Below are positions 10,200 through 22,975 of a stretch of 64,000 bases of DNA, one piece after another. The notes beneath the pieces are model-generated. The model saw nothing but the letters and a program-made list of their open reading frames with translations. It ran no database searches and was not told the DNA's origin. A program made the position numbers and the translations under genes. Source of the stretch: Cycas panzhihuaensis (lineage: Eukaryota > Plantae > Cycadophyta). Positions within the stretch are counted from its first letter, which is position 1; each line of letters opens with the position of its first letter. The stretch covers positions 192,641,741-192,705,740 of the forward strand of contig CM041465.1 of assembly GCA_023213395.1 (NCBI GenBank). The letters are read 5' to 3'.

Positions 10200-12520
10200 G
10201 TCTCTTGAGATAGTTAAGAAAAATGACTTATTAAATCCATTTCCTATTCATTCAAAAATAAAACTATAAATAAGGTGTTAGAGTGTATTATAAGAATAAA
10301 ATTTGTTAGTAAATGACATATGTATGTATTTAAAGTGATGCCCTTTAGATTAATTAATACCCTAACAACATTATAAAGTATAATGATCGGCATTTTTAAA
10401 AAGATAATTAGAGAAAAGTAACACTATTCTTGGATGATTAGGCATTATACAAAACCATGAAAAATCACATGGAAAACTAAAGGGAAATACTACAAACCTA
10501 CTAAGAAAATAACTTATGATTGAACCCAAAAAAGTATATATTTCTTATTCCATTTAGCAACCTATTAAGGCATATCATTAGCAAGGAAGAATTGTTGATA
10601 GATCTTACTAAAGTATCTATAATTTTATATGATCCACAACCATTAGTGAGGAAGCAACTTAAAGGATTTCTTAGATTGATGGGATACTACAGAAATTCAT
10701 AAAAGGATATGCATATATCTTGGGACACTTGGAGATCTTGTTGAAAAGGGATATCAATTAGGAATGGGATTCTAATCAACAAAGGGCATTTGAAGTATTA
10801 AAGTAAGCAATAGTATCAACTTTTGTATTTCATGTGCATGTAGATGCATCACAATTCGTTATTAGTTATATATTAACATAACTTGAGGAGAATAATGTGG
10901 ATTGACCTATATGTACTTTGATAGCAAAAAAATAATAACATTAGAGAAAAATTATATAACTACAAAAAAGACAAGGCCTAGGGATGGTTTATATATTTCA
11001 AAAATTTTAACATTATCTACTATCTAATCCTTTTATATTCTATGTGGATCATTATACCCTTATGTATGTAATAAATAAACCACATTTGAAAGGGTGAATT
11101 AGGAGGTGGATAATGATTTTCTAAGAATTTACCTTTAAGATTATGATAAAACCAAGAAAGTTACATATTATTCCTAACTAATTATCAAGGGTATATAATA
11201 GGGAATAGGCTATAGGAGCAAAAGATGGTTTTCCTAATGGAACATTATTTAGTGTAGATATAGTACTGACAAAATGGTAAGAAGATATTCTCAAATATTT
11301 TATAATGGGGAATTTCCACCAAATATGGATAACATAGAGAGACAAAACTCAGTTTAAAGAGTTGAACTCTATTAATTGATTTATAGAGAATTATATGATC
11401 TTGGGTTAGATGATATATTGTGACATTATATTAGACCCTCTGAAGCAAATTAAATCATCATTTAAGCCTATGAGGGAATAGTTAAAGGGCATACTAGAGT
11501 GAAAATTACATAGAAGAAGGTATTAACATCTAAATTTTGGTAGTTAACATTTTTTGGGATATATGATAATGGGCAAAGAAGTGTGATCAATGCTAGGGAA
11601 TAGGAAAATCATGACATTGAGATTTTCAACCATTGACCCTAATACTACCATTAGCACCATTTAAGAAATAGGATTTGGATTATGTGGGACTTATCCAACT
11701 AACAACCTAGTGTTTACAAGTGAAATACATTATGGTTATCACTAACTATGTAACAAAATGGATTAAAGTATGACCACTTTAGAAAGCACATTCAATAATC
11801 ATCTTATGATTCCTATATGAATTGATCATAATGACATTTGATTACCCCTTAAATTTAATAAGTGATCAAGGGTTATATTTCTTGAATAAATTTATGAAAG
11901 AGTTAAGAACAACATTTTTGATTAGCCACCATATATCAACTCCATATTAGCTAAGAGGAAATGGTTAAGTAGAGAGTTCAAACAAAATAATGAAGAACTA
12001 CCTAAGGAAAATATGTGATATTGGAAGATCTAACTAGGTAGAGAAGTTACCCTCAGTGATGTGGGCATTCCATATTATATATAAACAAGTAAGAAGATAA
12101 ACTCTATTTAAGTCAGTATACATGGTTAAGGCAATCATTATGATAGACTTCTATTCTAAGCTTGAGAGTAGCACTAGCTTATCAACTTGATAATAACAAA
12201 TCAATTTTTGAGAGATTATGGAATCTACTATAGTTGGAAGAAGATTACAAAAAAGTAAAATGGTTATAAATATAGAGAAAAAAAGACAGAAGGCATGGCA
12301 CAACCACCATTTAAGGACATTCAAATTCACCAAAGTGGATTAAGTACTATTTTATGACAAGAAGTTTTGAATACATTTAACAAAACAAGAGATGAGATGG
12401 TTAGGACCATATAAAGTCGAAAATGATTTCGAGAATGGTTTCATTTAATTAAGGAAAATTTATAAATTAAAACTACTAATATTACTAAACGATAACATAT
12501 TGAAATCCTACTATCACTAG
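10200..12520 (+). pseudogene. pol: Element B: heavily decayed Ty3/gypsy pol (RT, RNase H, integrase), non-chromovirus type
   Basis: YVFKVMPF.LIN (~10324), LDD (~10430), FHVHVDAS (~10828), PFKK*DLDYVG (~11657), SDQG (~11861) and WLGPY (~12398), with many stops. Confidence 0.85.
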
Positions 12521-12620
12521 GGTATTTCTCCAACAAGAATCAATTAGATGTATCATAGTGTGTTATTTGAAGTTAGGGATAATCAAGGTAATCTAAGTTC
12601 TAGGAATGTAATTCTACCTT

Positions 12621-12622
12621 CA

Positions 12623-12688
<66 letters not shown>

Positions 12689-12719
12689 CGCACACGTACA
12701 CACACATACACATGCACAT
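12621..12719. repeat. (CA)n microsatellite
   Basis: Direct reading. A short (AG)n run follows at ~12799-12820. Confidence 0.95.
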
Positions 12720-13169
12720 ATAAAGAAGAAAAATAATTATAACTTAAAAAAATCATACATCTAAGTAAAATCATAGATAAAAGTATATGGAAAAATATTA
12801 GAGAGAGAGAGAGAGAGAGAAGAAAAAAGAGATAAGGATATACGTATAAAATCTTGAAAAAAAAATCAGACTTTTAAACATCTGTTTCCTCACAATACAC
12901 TATGTGTTCTAGAAATAGAATAATAATGAGAATGAACAACCTCTAAAGTAGGAAAAATATAAAATTTTGTGTTATAGGCTCTTAAGAATCCCATTTTTAT
13001 ATTAAAAATTTATCAAAGGTCATTAAAGATAGTCATTTTTAATGTGTTAAGTCATCCATTTTTAAGTCATATTTATGACATTATTATTGTAATTATTAAA
13101 CATCTGTTAGCCTATAGAGGTACTTATGAGGCCATAAAACCCATGAATAAGGTTGAGAAAGTCCTTTTT

Positions 13170-13872
13170 CATTATATTTCTACCTATTATTGTCTACGAT
13201 AATATATTTTTGGCTATTCATATTAAAGAAGGTGCTCATAATTCTATTTAACAAGAGGTGAAACACCTTTCTATAGATACTCTTACACTTGATTTCTATT
13301 ATATGTATTTAGCCATGTAGAATGATGCATTCCTAGAGTGATATTGATATAACACTAACATAACGATGTATTTGAAAGGGTTACTTAATAAATTAGTAGT
13401 CATAATGGTTAGTTACTTATGTAGTCTAGTAGATGGAGCATCCTTCATAGAGACATCAATAATATTTCAAATAATTATATATTGTGGGAGGGAATGTTGA
13501 ATAATAATATCTAATTATATTAGATGTTATCCTTAACCCATTTCATACCATCTAATATTTAATAAATATTATATTCAAGTGACCTTAACATGTGTACCAC
13601 TTGAGAAATATGCTAATACACAAAGATTAACTTAGAGGGATTTCTACATAAACTGAGGGATTTTCTAAATATATACTTGCTTTTTTTAATAATTTGAACT
13701 TTATTTATTCTTCCATATATTTGTTATGCATATTACTTATATATATTTCATCATATTATTGCTCATTTATCTAACTTACACTCACCTCCATTATCTATTA
13801 GATATCCTTGTTAGGTTTATTTTCATAGTTCATAGCTTCTACATGTTACTCCCAACATTATGGTATTAGATC
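13170..13872 (+). mobile_element. Ty1/copia remnant: RNase H tail, PPT, LTR (13495-13857) and a PBS
   Basis: Degenerate PIIVY.DN..AIH / KR.KH..ID motifs (~13184-13280), PPT GGGAGGGAA directly before TGTTG (13495), LTR end CCCAACA (13857), and TGGTATTAGA PBS-Met at 13861. Confidence 0.6.
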
Positions 13873-14238
13873 ATCATGATCAAAATGTAATAAAGATCAT
13901 ATAGTGAAATTCATACTATGTTTTTCTATAAGCATTCTAATGGAGGAATATACACAAGAAAGCATAGGATTTAAAATGAATAGATATTCTATTTTTTTAA
14001 ATCTAGCAAAGAAGAAAACTTCAAGTAACTAATAAAAGTATCATACCATAAACTATAGTAACATTCTAGCCCAACATTACCTAAAAATTCATGCATTTTG
14101 GGTAATTAATACATGAGACATATATAACAGTGAGTAGCAATATTATATTCTACTAAGGAACATATGTAAGTTTTCTCCTTCTAATGTTGGTTTCCTTGTA
14201 TTTTACCTTATTTTATTAGATTTAATTATTATTTCTTC

Positions 14239-14870
14239 TGTTAGTTTCACCTATAAGACACAACAAGTGTTCAATATACCTATTTGCCAAAATTGAAGGT
14301 TAAATTAAAGGAGATACCAATAATATTCTAAAGCAAGGTGAGACATGCATGATGGGGTGAATATACTCACATCCCACCTTTATACTGGGATTTTGAGATG
14401 ATGGAATAAATTTTTTTAGTTTTAACAAAGGACATGGGGCAAGTACAATTTGATATAGACATCACTTAGTCATGTGTAGAAACATGAACCTATAATCATG
14501 CATTTCTAAACAATTAGGATCTTGATCATGCATTAGTAACATAGTAAGATCTTGATCATGCACTAATAATGCCTATTAGGGATTAATGCATCTTGGTACA
14601 TTATCCAATATTATTCATATTTATTATGTCTAGTTTGATATTCAATAACTTATATGGGGTTCATATTTATAATACCCCAAGAGATATATCTAACCAATAA
14701 CCACAATTCTTTGTTGTGTCCTATGGCCTATTATTATGTCCCATGGTTCTTCATTATCTCTCATTGAATCCTCAATACTTATATCTCTTCATATCTCCAA
14801 GGTAATCCACATGAGTCATTAAACTGTCATGAAGTTAGCCTGAACTAAGTTTTCTAACATCCCCACTTAA
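14239..14870 (-). mobile_element. 3' LTR (14239-14859) and PPT of old element C; its internal part probably continues at 14870-15350, 24586-24885 and 27080-28000
   Basis: Inverted termini TGTTAG...CTAACA. The adjacent TCCCCACTTAA reads as the PPT TTAAGTGGGGA on the minus strand. No partner LTR was found. Confidence 0.6.
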
Positions 14871-17629
14871 TGTGAATGTGTAATTATGGCTACCAATCAC
14901 ATCCCCTTTTAAGGATAATTTTGTTGAATTTGAATTGACACACTTTTTGAGTCCTTGAAGACACTATTATTTGGATTCTTTACATGCCATACATTTATAA
15001 AGGTCTCTACACTTTTGAATGGAATCAATTTCCTCTCTTTAATGGTTCATTTTGTGTTAAACCTACTTCAAACTTATTTTGCATCATCTTTTATCCTTTA
15101 AGTAGCTATATTTTTTAAATCTGTCTATCTATCTATCTATATATAGGCTTTATTTACAAGTGATATATAATAATATGGCCTCCTATATTCCCTAAGTAAT
15201 AACATTGAGATTCCTATTTCTTTAGCATAGCCTTTCATGGCTTTTACGTATACTTGTATAGCCTTTTATACCACAACATAACTTCAATGCATCCTAAATG
15301 TCTGTAATGGTCTTTGTAATATAATTTTTTGCTTTATGAGAAAATATATATTTGATGTAGCATTCCTTCTAGCAATCTATACAACCTTTGTGTAGGTTTT
15401 ATTCTAAGTTTTCTATTTGACTTCATTATGGAAATTATTTATATTAATTTCTAGCTAACTTCAAGATGAATTCTAGCTATTTGTTATCCTATATTCTACC
15501 CAACTTCCATTAGCTTCTAAGCCAAGCTTCCTAGGTGTTTTTCATCTACTTATATATAACATCTTTTGGCATTATTCTAAGGCATCTTAGTTGATTTTGG
15601 ATATGCTATATTTTAGCCTTAAGGGATATATTTTGGGAGGATACCTTATCTCAAAGAGGGAGCTAAGGTAAGCATTTTTTACCTATAAGTTTATATTTGA
15701 CATATATTATCTTTTATTGGATATTTAGTTTATTTTATATTTCATAATATTATATATAACATCTTTTCTTATTTCATTATATAATTTACATAAAATTTCC
15801 CCTTAATTAGTATATTCTACACTAGTTATCACTCCTCTGTATAGAAATCTCCATGGGCATACTATAAGTGGTATCAGAACCTTGTCTGATACCATCCTTA
15901 AGGAAGTAATTTCTTTCCATCTATATGAAAAAGCACTTATGTGGTTCAATTGGTGGAAGGGATTTTATAGAGGAACTAAGAATAACAACTAGATTTTCCT
16001 AAAAGAAATCCTAATAGAGTAGTATGAGGATATAAGGAATACTGATTACTTTACTTAACTCATGAACTTATAGCAAATAGGGTTAGTTTAGGATTATACT
16101 GAATAATTCTAGACCTTGAAAAATTATAAAGGAACTTCTCATCTAGACTTGTATCATAGGACTCAAGGGAAATATCATATACTACATAAAAGCTATAGGA
16201 GCAGTCACATTAAGTCACGTTATTTGATATCCTAAGAATATGGAAGTAGAATATAGGGTAGAGAGAAAAAAACTATATTTTCTAAAACAAACCTCCCTAC
16301 TATCAAAACCAAAACTTTAAACCCAATTAAAATTGATTAGGAATAAAAGCAAAGGCCCCATTGTATAAAGAAGCAAGGATGGAATCATCTATAATAACCA
16401 AAATAGAACCAAGACCATAAATTCCCTTCAAAGAAATTTTTTATGATCAATTATGAGGACATCAATATCCTGTATGTTGAAGAAGAAAAACCACTAGATA
16501 CACAAGATGAAGTAAAAGTTGAGGAATTTCTTAATACTAATATCAAGAACATATAAATATTATTGTAAGCCATTATAAGAGAAATCAGCACCCCTTAAAT
16601 TCTATATTTTTAGGGGACAATTAGAGGAGTGAAAGTTGATATCCTTATAGCTAGTAATAATATGAATAAATTCATCAATACAATAACTACAAAGAAGTTA
16701 GGGTTACTAATTCAACCACGTAATGTATTCCAAGTGGCTATTGGCAATGGTAAGACTATAGCATGTGGAGGATATTTCCCATAGGTGAATCTCCAAATTA
16801 GAAACTATTATATGACAATGTGCATGTTTACCATGCTAATAAGAGGAGTTGATATTGTCTTAAGAATCTAATGGTTGCAAACTTTAAGGAATCTTACCAT
16901 TAATTATAAAACATAACTCATAAGTTTTTCCTAAAAGGGTTGTAGATATAGGTTATAGACATCTTCCACTCTACCAACACAACTAATGACATTATATCAT
17001 ATGGAGAGAATGTTGAAAAAGAATCGTGCTTCATATGTGATGACATATTATGAGATTGCAATAAAGAATGTACTAATAGAGGTTTAAACCATCATAAACC
17101 AACACAATAAGGGTTTTGAAGAACCACCCTAAGGATTACCACTAGATGGTGGGTGAAATCACCCCATTAAGATGATACCAAGAGCAACAGTTATGAATAT
17201 TTATCTACATTGATATCTATAGCATCTTAAAAGAGTAATTGAACATATTACCAAAGACCTTCTATATTAGGAATATGTCAGTACTAGCACTAGTTCCTTT
17301 ACATCATTAATTATATTGAGTTGGAAGAAAGATGGATCTTATTACATATGCATGGACTATCATGGGTTCAACAAACTTATAATAAAAAATTACTATCCCA
17401 TTCCATACATAGATGACTTGTTGGATGAAATACATAGATCAAAGTAATTTTCAAAGATTGATTTATGCTCAACATACTACCAAATTTGTATCAAGGAAGA
17501 GGACATATAAAAAATAATATTTTGTATATATGAAGGATTATTTAAGTTTTGTATTATGTCTCTTGCACTAAGCAATGCCTAAGTTACATTGTAAAGTACA
17601 ATGAATACAATACTCAAACCCTTCTTATG

Positions 17630-20600
17630 TGTTGAATGTGGTATTGTAGTGATATTACATCTTGAGAGAAGAAATAAGACACAAAGATGGACAATAGAAA
17701 ATGAACTCTATTTGTTCTATTATAATACAAAATATGCATACATATATAAGATACTCACATTTATGTGAGATCTCTTAAGATCGATAATGATGCACTCTTA
17801 GCGGCATGGCATATAAACTAAGATGCCACTTGTGCATATATTAAGATGAGCACAATATAATAATAAGAATAATCTTGAGGGTTATAAGAACATGAAAGGG
17901 GGATATACGTAATGACTAATAAATTAAACATTAGTCTATATATTATACATAATATTTCTCCCTATTAATGTTTAATTCATAGTTGTTATATATGTTATCT
18001 TTATTACTTCATTTTCCTACTACTATATTTGTTCTAAGTTATATCAAATCTTTATCAAATTACTGATACCCATTTAAATATGACTCCATCCACTAGACCA
18101 CATGGGTAACTAGCTATTATGACTGTTAGTTCTATAGGTAGTAACTTTGGTTACATGGTTTAATTAGCTCCATTATCACTGCTCCAAGAATACAATGTCC
18201 TATATGGCCTATCGAGTGTGCTAAAAATATGTAAGAGTAACTTAGAGAGAGTGTCCCACCTCTTGCTAAATAGGACAATAAGGTATCTTTTTTTAACATC
18301 TAATGGCTAGAAATATAATGATGGATACTATGGCCTCAAATTTACCACTATGGGTTCCAAATCATGCCTTAATGGGCTATAATCATGCTACTATGGGCTT
18401 CAACATGCCACTATGGGCTTATAATGGCCTTTATGGGTTTTGATATGCCTTGATTAAATTACAAATCAAGACTCTAATATATAAGGGGTCTTAATAGTTA
18501 ATTAAGACCACAAGTAAGGGGATGTTGTTGATCACTCAAAGGCTATAAGGCCAATAATTTTTAATGCAATATACATAATATTTTGATCTTACATAGAAAA
18601 TTTTCATAAAAGGCATATATATGTATATCATGATTATTTAGATTAAGTGAATCTCACACCAAAATGTAATTAAACTAAGATATTTGCCTCTTATAATTTC
18701 CAATTATAGTAGATCATCATCTATTGTTGTTAAAGAAGACTCCTTGATGCTAAACTCTTTAACCTTATCACATGTTTTTGGCTTTCAACACTTAGGCAAT
18801 TATATGCAATGCCTTATCTAAGGTCCTACATGCAAAATCAATAATAACATCATCTTTGGTCACCTCATAGGTTATTAGAAATCATTAGCCTTTTTAGATT
18901 GAATTTTTAAATAAACTTGTGACACAATATTAAACTTCAGTCATCATACAAAATGCTAGAATTAAATGATTAAACATGGTCTTTAAGGCCTTACATGATA
19001 TCAAATTTAATATTTGTTGAGTACATAAAATTTTAAATTGAATTTGGACTTTATTTTCACTTACAAGATAGACTCAAATAGTGTCAAATGAGTAGTCATT
19101 TCAAAGAGGGGTGAAATAGGATTCCAATATAACTAACAGATTAAAATCGAAGACCATATAAGAAAGATATAATGAAAATAGTGTAGATAGGTGCTTACAA
19201 AAATAAAAATACCTTTGAAAAGGCATTTATCCCCTTTGATATTGGACTCTTAGTTATGTTGTTACCTCCATGTGATCATTTGCTAGTAGGTAAGGGCTAC
19301 CTGACTCCAACTTACATTCAAATTTAATTAAATTTTTTAAAAAATATTAAAATTTTTTTTAGGCAAAGGATTCCAAAATATCTCAAAAGAATATTTTAAT
19401 TTTCCTTTTTTCTTTTTCAAAATACCACCAAATGAAACCTAAACTACACAAAAAATATTCACCATGTTTTTCATCATGTGTAAGTATAATCAATGGTTGA
19501 TGTAAGTCCAATGATGGCAACATTATAAGTTGACGATGGAAGTTATTCTCCTCTCTCATGTAGATCATATATTTCTTTAATACAACGATCATTAGGCATA
19601 TTTTGTGCAAGTTTATAAAGCCTTTCATTTCAATGAATAGACTCAGAACTTCATCAACCATTCCATCCTGACTATAAGTTTTCATCAAGTCATTATAGGC
19701 TACAAGAATTAATTTGCTACTAAAGGGTTTACCATTAGTAACCTTATGAGTCTGTAGAACTCTATTGCCTATGCTGAAATAAAGAGATCACAGCTTTCCT
19801 GCTTGGCTGGATAAGATGACTCCCATCCTAATTCCTTCTAGATCATACTTCAGTTGCCTCCTTTTTATAGATTTATTCATCTGATTAGAGTTAACATATT
19901 CAATAATTATTGAGAATGAATATACAAAAGAAAGTGTATTAGTTAAATTTCTTTGCTACTTCAAAGTTGTATTGTTACTCATCAACAAAAACCATAATGA
20001 TCCTTCATTTCTACAAACTTGTCTTTATCAGAATGCTTTTATATATATCATTTGATACTTTCTAATACATTCCTACAGTAAGAATCACAAATCTAAAACA
20101 CCAAACCCTAACACCCAACCTATATTGTATTCTAAATCATCTTTATTTTCTTTCCAGTAAAGAGCAAAGGGGCCCTAAAACCCTAAACCCTGACCATCAA
20201 AATAGGGAAATCCTAGAGCCTAAAATACTTTGGTTCCTCTATAAAACATAATCTATTAAAGCAAATATATGGATTATCTTGCTATAATCGATCATGGGGG
20301 GACAAAAATACATTAAGATAATTTATAGATAGCATGGGCCTTTATAATCTAACTGACAATATTCTAATAATCTCTAGCTTCAACACTACTATTCTCAAGC
20401 CTTTCCAGATAGTCTGCCTAAGGAATGTAAATGGTTTCCTTATTTGTAAGAGTTAAGAGCCTACCCTTAGTGGTTGTAAGTGTGGAAACAAACAAATATT
20501 TTCACCTATATTAATAGTTACACTATCTATAATTGCAACCTCAATATTTGAGTTCATAAGTGGATCTCATATTTAGGAATGTATATATGAAATTAAACAA

Positions 20601-21552
20601 ATCAATTAGCTATATACCAATAATTTTCTCAACCAATTCATTCATGTCATTTTTAAGCAATCTACAGAGGATATAGTTTCCACTAAATGAATAGACATCA
20701 TAGTGGATAGTATAGCCATTGACATATGACTGCAACCTTTAAAAGGAAAAATAGTCTATATTTTAGTAGCAAAGACTCCTAATAACAAGCTTTAAAATGT
20801 GCTAAAAGACATAATATATATATTTTTATTTTTAAAGAAAAACTAGCCCATTTTTGAGTTGTTGGGATAGCCAGTCCCATGGCTAACTATCACATCAGTG
20901 GGCCTTTATTTTACATGATATCCTTGCAACTTTGGATCTATAAGGTTTCACTACCATTTTCCAACATTGAAAATGTTTATTGCTACATACATCCTTTAAT
21001 CTGTAATCTTTGCATACTATTTCCACCATTGAATATTATAAAAAACATCACTTACTACTATATGTGAATCCTCCATACTATAATGGAAAAACTACTAAGA
21101 AAATATGAATGAAGACATGCTTTTTTTGACAAAGAACCTAACTATAAAACTTTTTACTTGAAGGATAAATCCCATGATTGAATAGGTGTTCTCTTAAGGG
21201 ATCGAAACCCATTTTAGCTCTAATACCAATTATTAGATATAGTGTTAGAGTGATACCACATCTTGAGAGAAGAAAAGAGATATAAAGATGGACAATAGAA
21301 ATGAACTCTACTTGTTGTATAACAATATAAAATATACATACATATATAAGATATTCACATGTGTGAGATCTCTTAAGATCAATAATGGTGTACTCTTGAT
21401 GACTTAGCACACAAACTAAGATGCCACTTGCACACATATTAAGATAAGTACAATATAATAGTAAGAATAATCTTGAGGGTTATAAGAGCATGAAAAGGAA
21501 ATCTACATAATGACTAATGAATTAAATATTAATCTAAATATTATACCTAACA
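17630..21552 (-). mobile_element. Element E: old non-autonomous copia-type LTR element inserted in the RT of D
   Basis: LTRs 17630-17954 and 21231-21552, TSD TTATG/TTATT, minus-strand PBS TGGTATTAGAGC (21217-21228), PPT at 17955-17965. The 3.3-kb interior has no recognisable RT or integrase. About six 20-21-bp CTATGGG repeats lie at 18326-18450. Confidence 0.85.
19620..19706 (-). pseudogene. PPR-repeat-like fragment inside element E
   Basis: Translation LVAYNDLMKTYSQDGMVDEVLSLFIEMKG resembles the PPR consensus VTYNTLIxGYxxxGxxDEAxxLFxEM. Confidence 0.6.
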
Positions 21553-22758
21553 TTATTTAAATTTATCCTAGGTTTTTTTAATAATATTCTAATTTATAAC
21601 TTAACTTGGGAGAAACATTTAGAGCATATTGAAAAGGTACTATAACTATTAGAAAGTAATTGATTTTTTCCAAATAAAATTAAATGCACTTTTGGAAAAA
21701 CCAAGGTAGAATACTTAAGGCATATTATTACATAAGAAATCATTCAGATGGATCTAAAAAAGGTTCAAGCTATTATAGAATGGCCCGTACCTAAGAATGT
21801 AACTGGTGTAAGAAGCTTTTAGGAGTCGTCAGTTTTCTCTGATGATTTATTAGAGGATAAGTACATATTACCTCTCCTATAACTGATCTTTTAAAGAAAG
21901 ATGACTTTACTTGGAGCTAAGTAACTAAAGATGCCTTCAAAGGCCTAAAGACTATAATGATTAGTGCTCTTGTCCTTACAACCCCAAACTTCTTCTAACC
22001 ATTCATATTAGAAAGTAATGCATTTAGAACATGCATAAGGGCATGACTTCTTAAAAATGGTTTACCTCTAGTATATGAAAGTCATAAACTAAAAATAAGA
22101 GAGTGATGTAAACCTATTTATGACAAGGAGATATTGGTACTTATGCATGCCATACATAAATGGTGATAATATTTACTGGAAATAAATTTGTTGTCAAAAT
22201 AGAATACGATAGCCTCAAATACTTCCTTAAAAAAAAAAATTATTCGATGAATGACAGAAATAGGCAAGAAAACTCCAAACCTTTGATTTTAGCATCTTAT
22301 ACAAAAGAGATAAAGAGAATGTCATTATAGATGCCTTATCCTAGATGCCTGAAATTAATAAGGAGGATGTATCCTTATAAACTATATCTATAACTACTCT
22401 CCTTTGGATAAAAGAATTGACTCAAAAATATCAAGTTGATCTAATTCCTCAAAGCATACTAAAGTAGATCAACAACTAAGAGACCATAAATATGAACTCT
22501 AGGGAGATTTGATCTTATGAAAATATAAAATATCTGTACTAACATCTTTAGCTCTAAAAATGAAGATACTTAATAAAGCTCACTCTATTCCAACAATTAG
22601 TCATATTAGGATCAATAAAAGATATTTCCAATTATGGCACACATTCTTTCAAAAGGGGATGAAAGTAGATGTACACAAGTTTATTTTTGAATGTAACGTT
22701 TATCAAATAAATAAAAGTAAAAGTATAAATAATCTTAACCTTCTCTAACCGCTATATA

Positions 22759-22975
22759 TATAACGAACCGTTACATCAAAATCTCAAGGTATTAGTGAAG
22801 AGGGTCCCCCACCAAGTAGTCCATTACCTCCCCTCAAGTTGAATAGGCTAACCTCACCTAGCCCCGCTTTCACTGACGTTCATGCACCCCATAGGCCCCA
22901 ACCACAACAATATTTTGTGCATCGACGATGTTTGGCACATCACCCTACCACTCCCATAAGCAATAGTTCGTTACA
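22759..22975 (-). mobile_element. 217-bp solo LTR (TRIM-sized, possibly Cassandra-like) inserted in the integrase of D
   Basis: Termini T(A)TAACGAAC...GTTCGTTACA (10-bp inverted repeat) and TSD ATATA/ATATA. Removing it rejoins LL*PLYI/LEQKWEE. The strand is assigned from the 5S-like motifs only. Confidence 0.8.

Noticed and set aside
20172-20192. Telomere repeat or telomerase RNA template (CCCTAAAACCCTAAACCCTGA)
   Set aside because: Only 2-3 imperfect units inside a decayed retroelement, with no USE/TATA snRNA-type promoter nearby.
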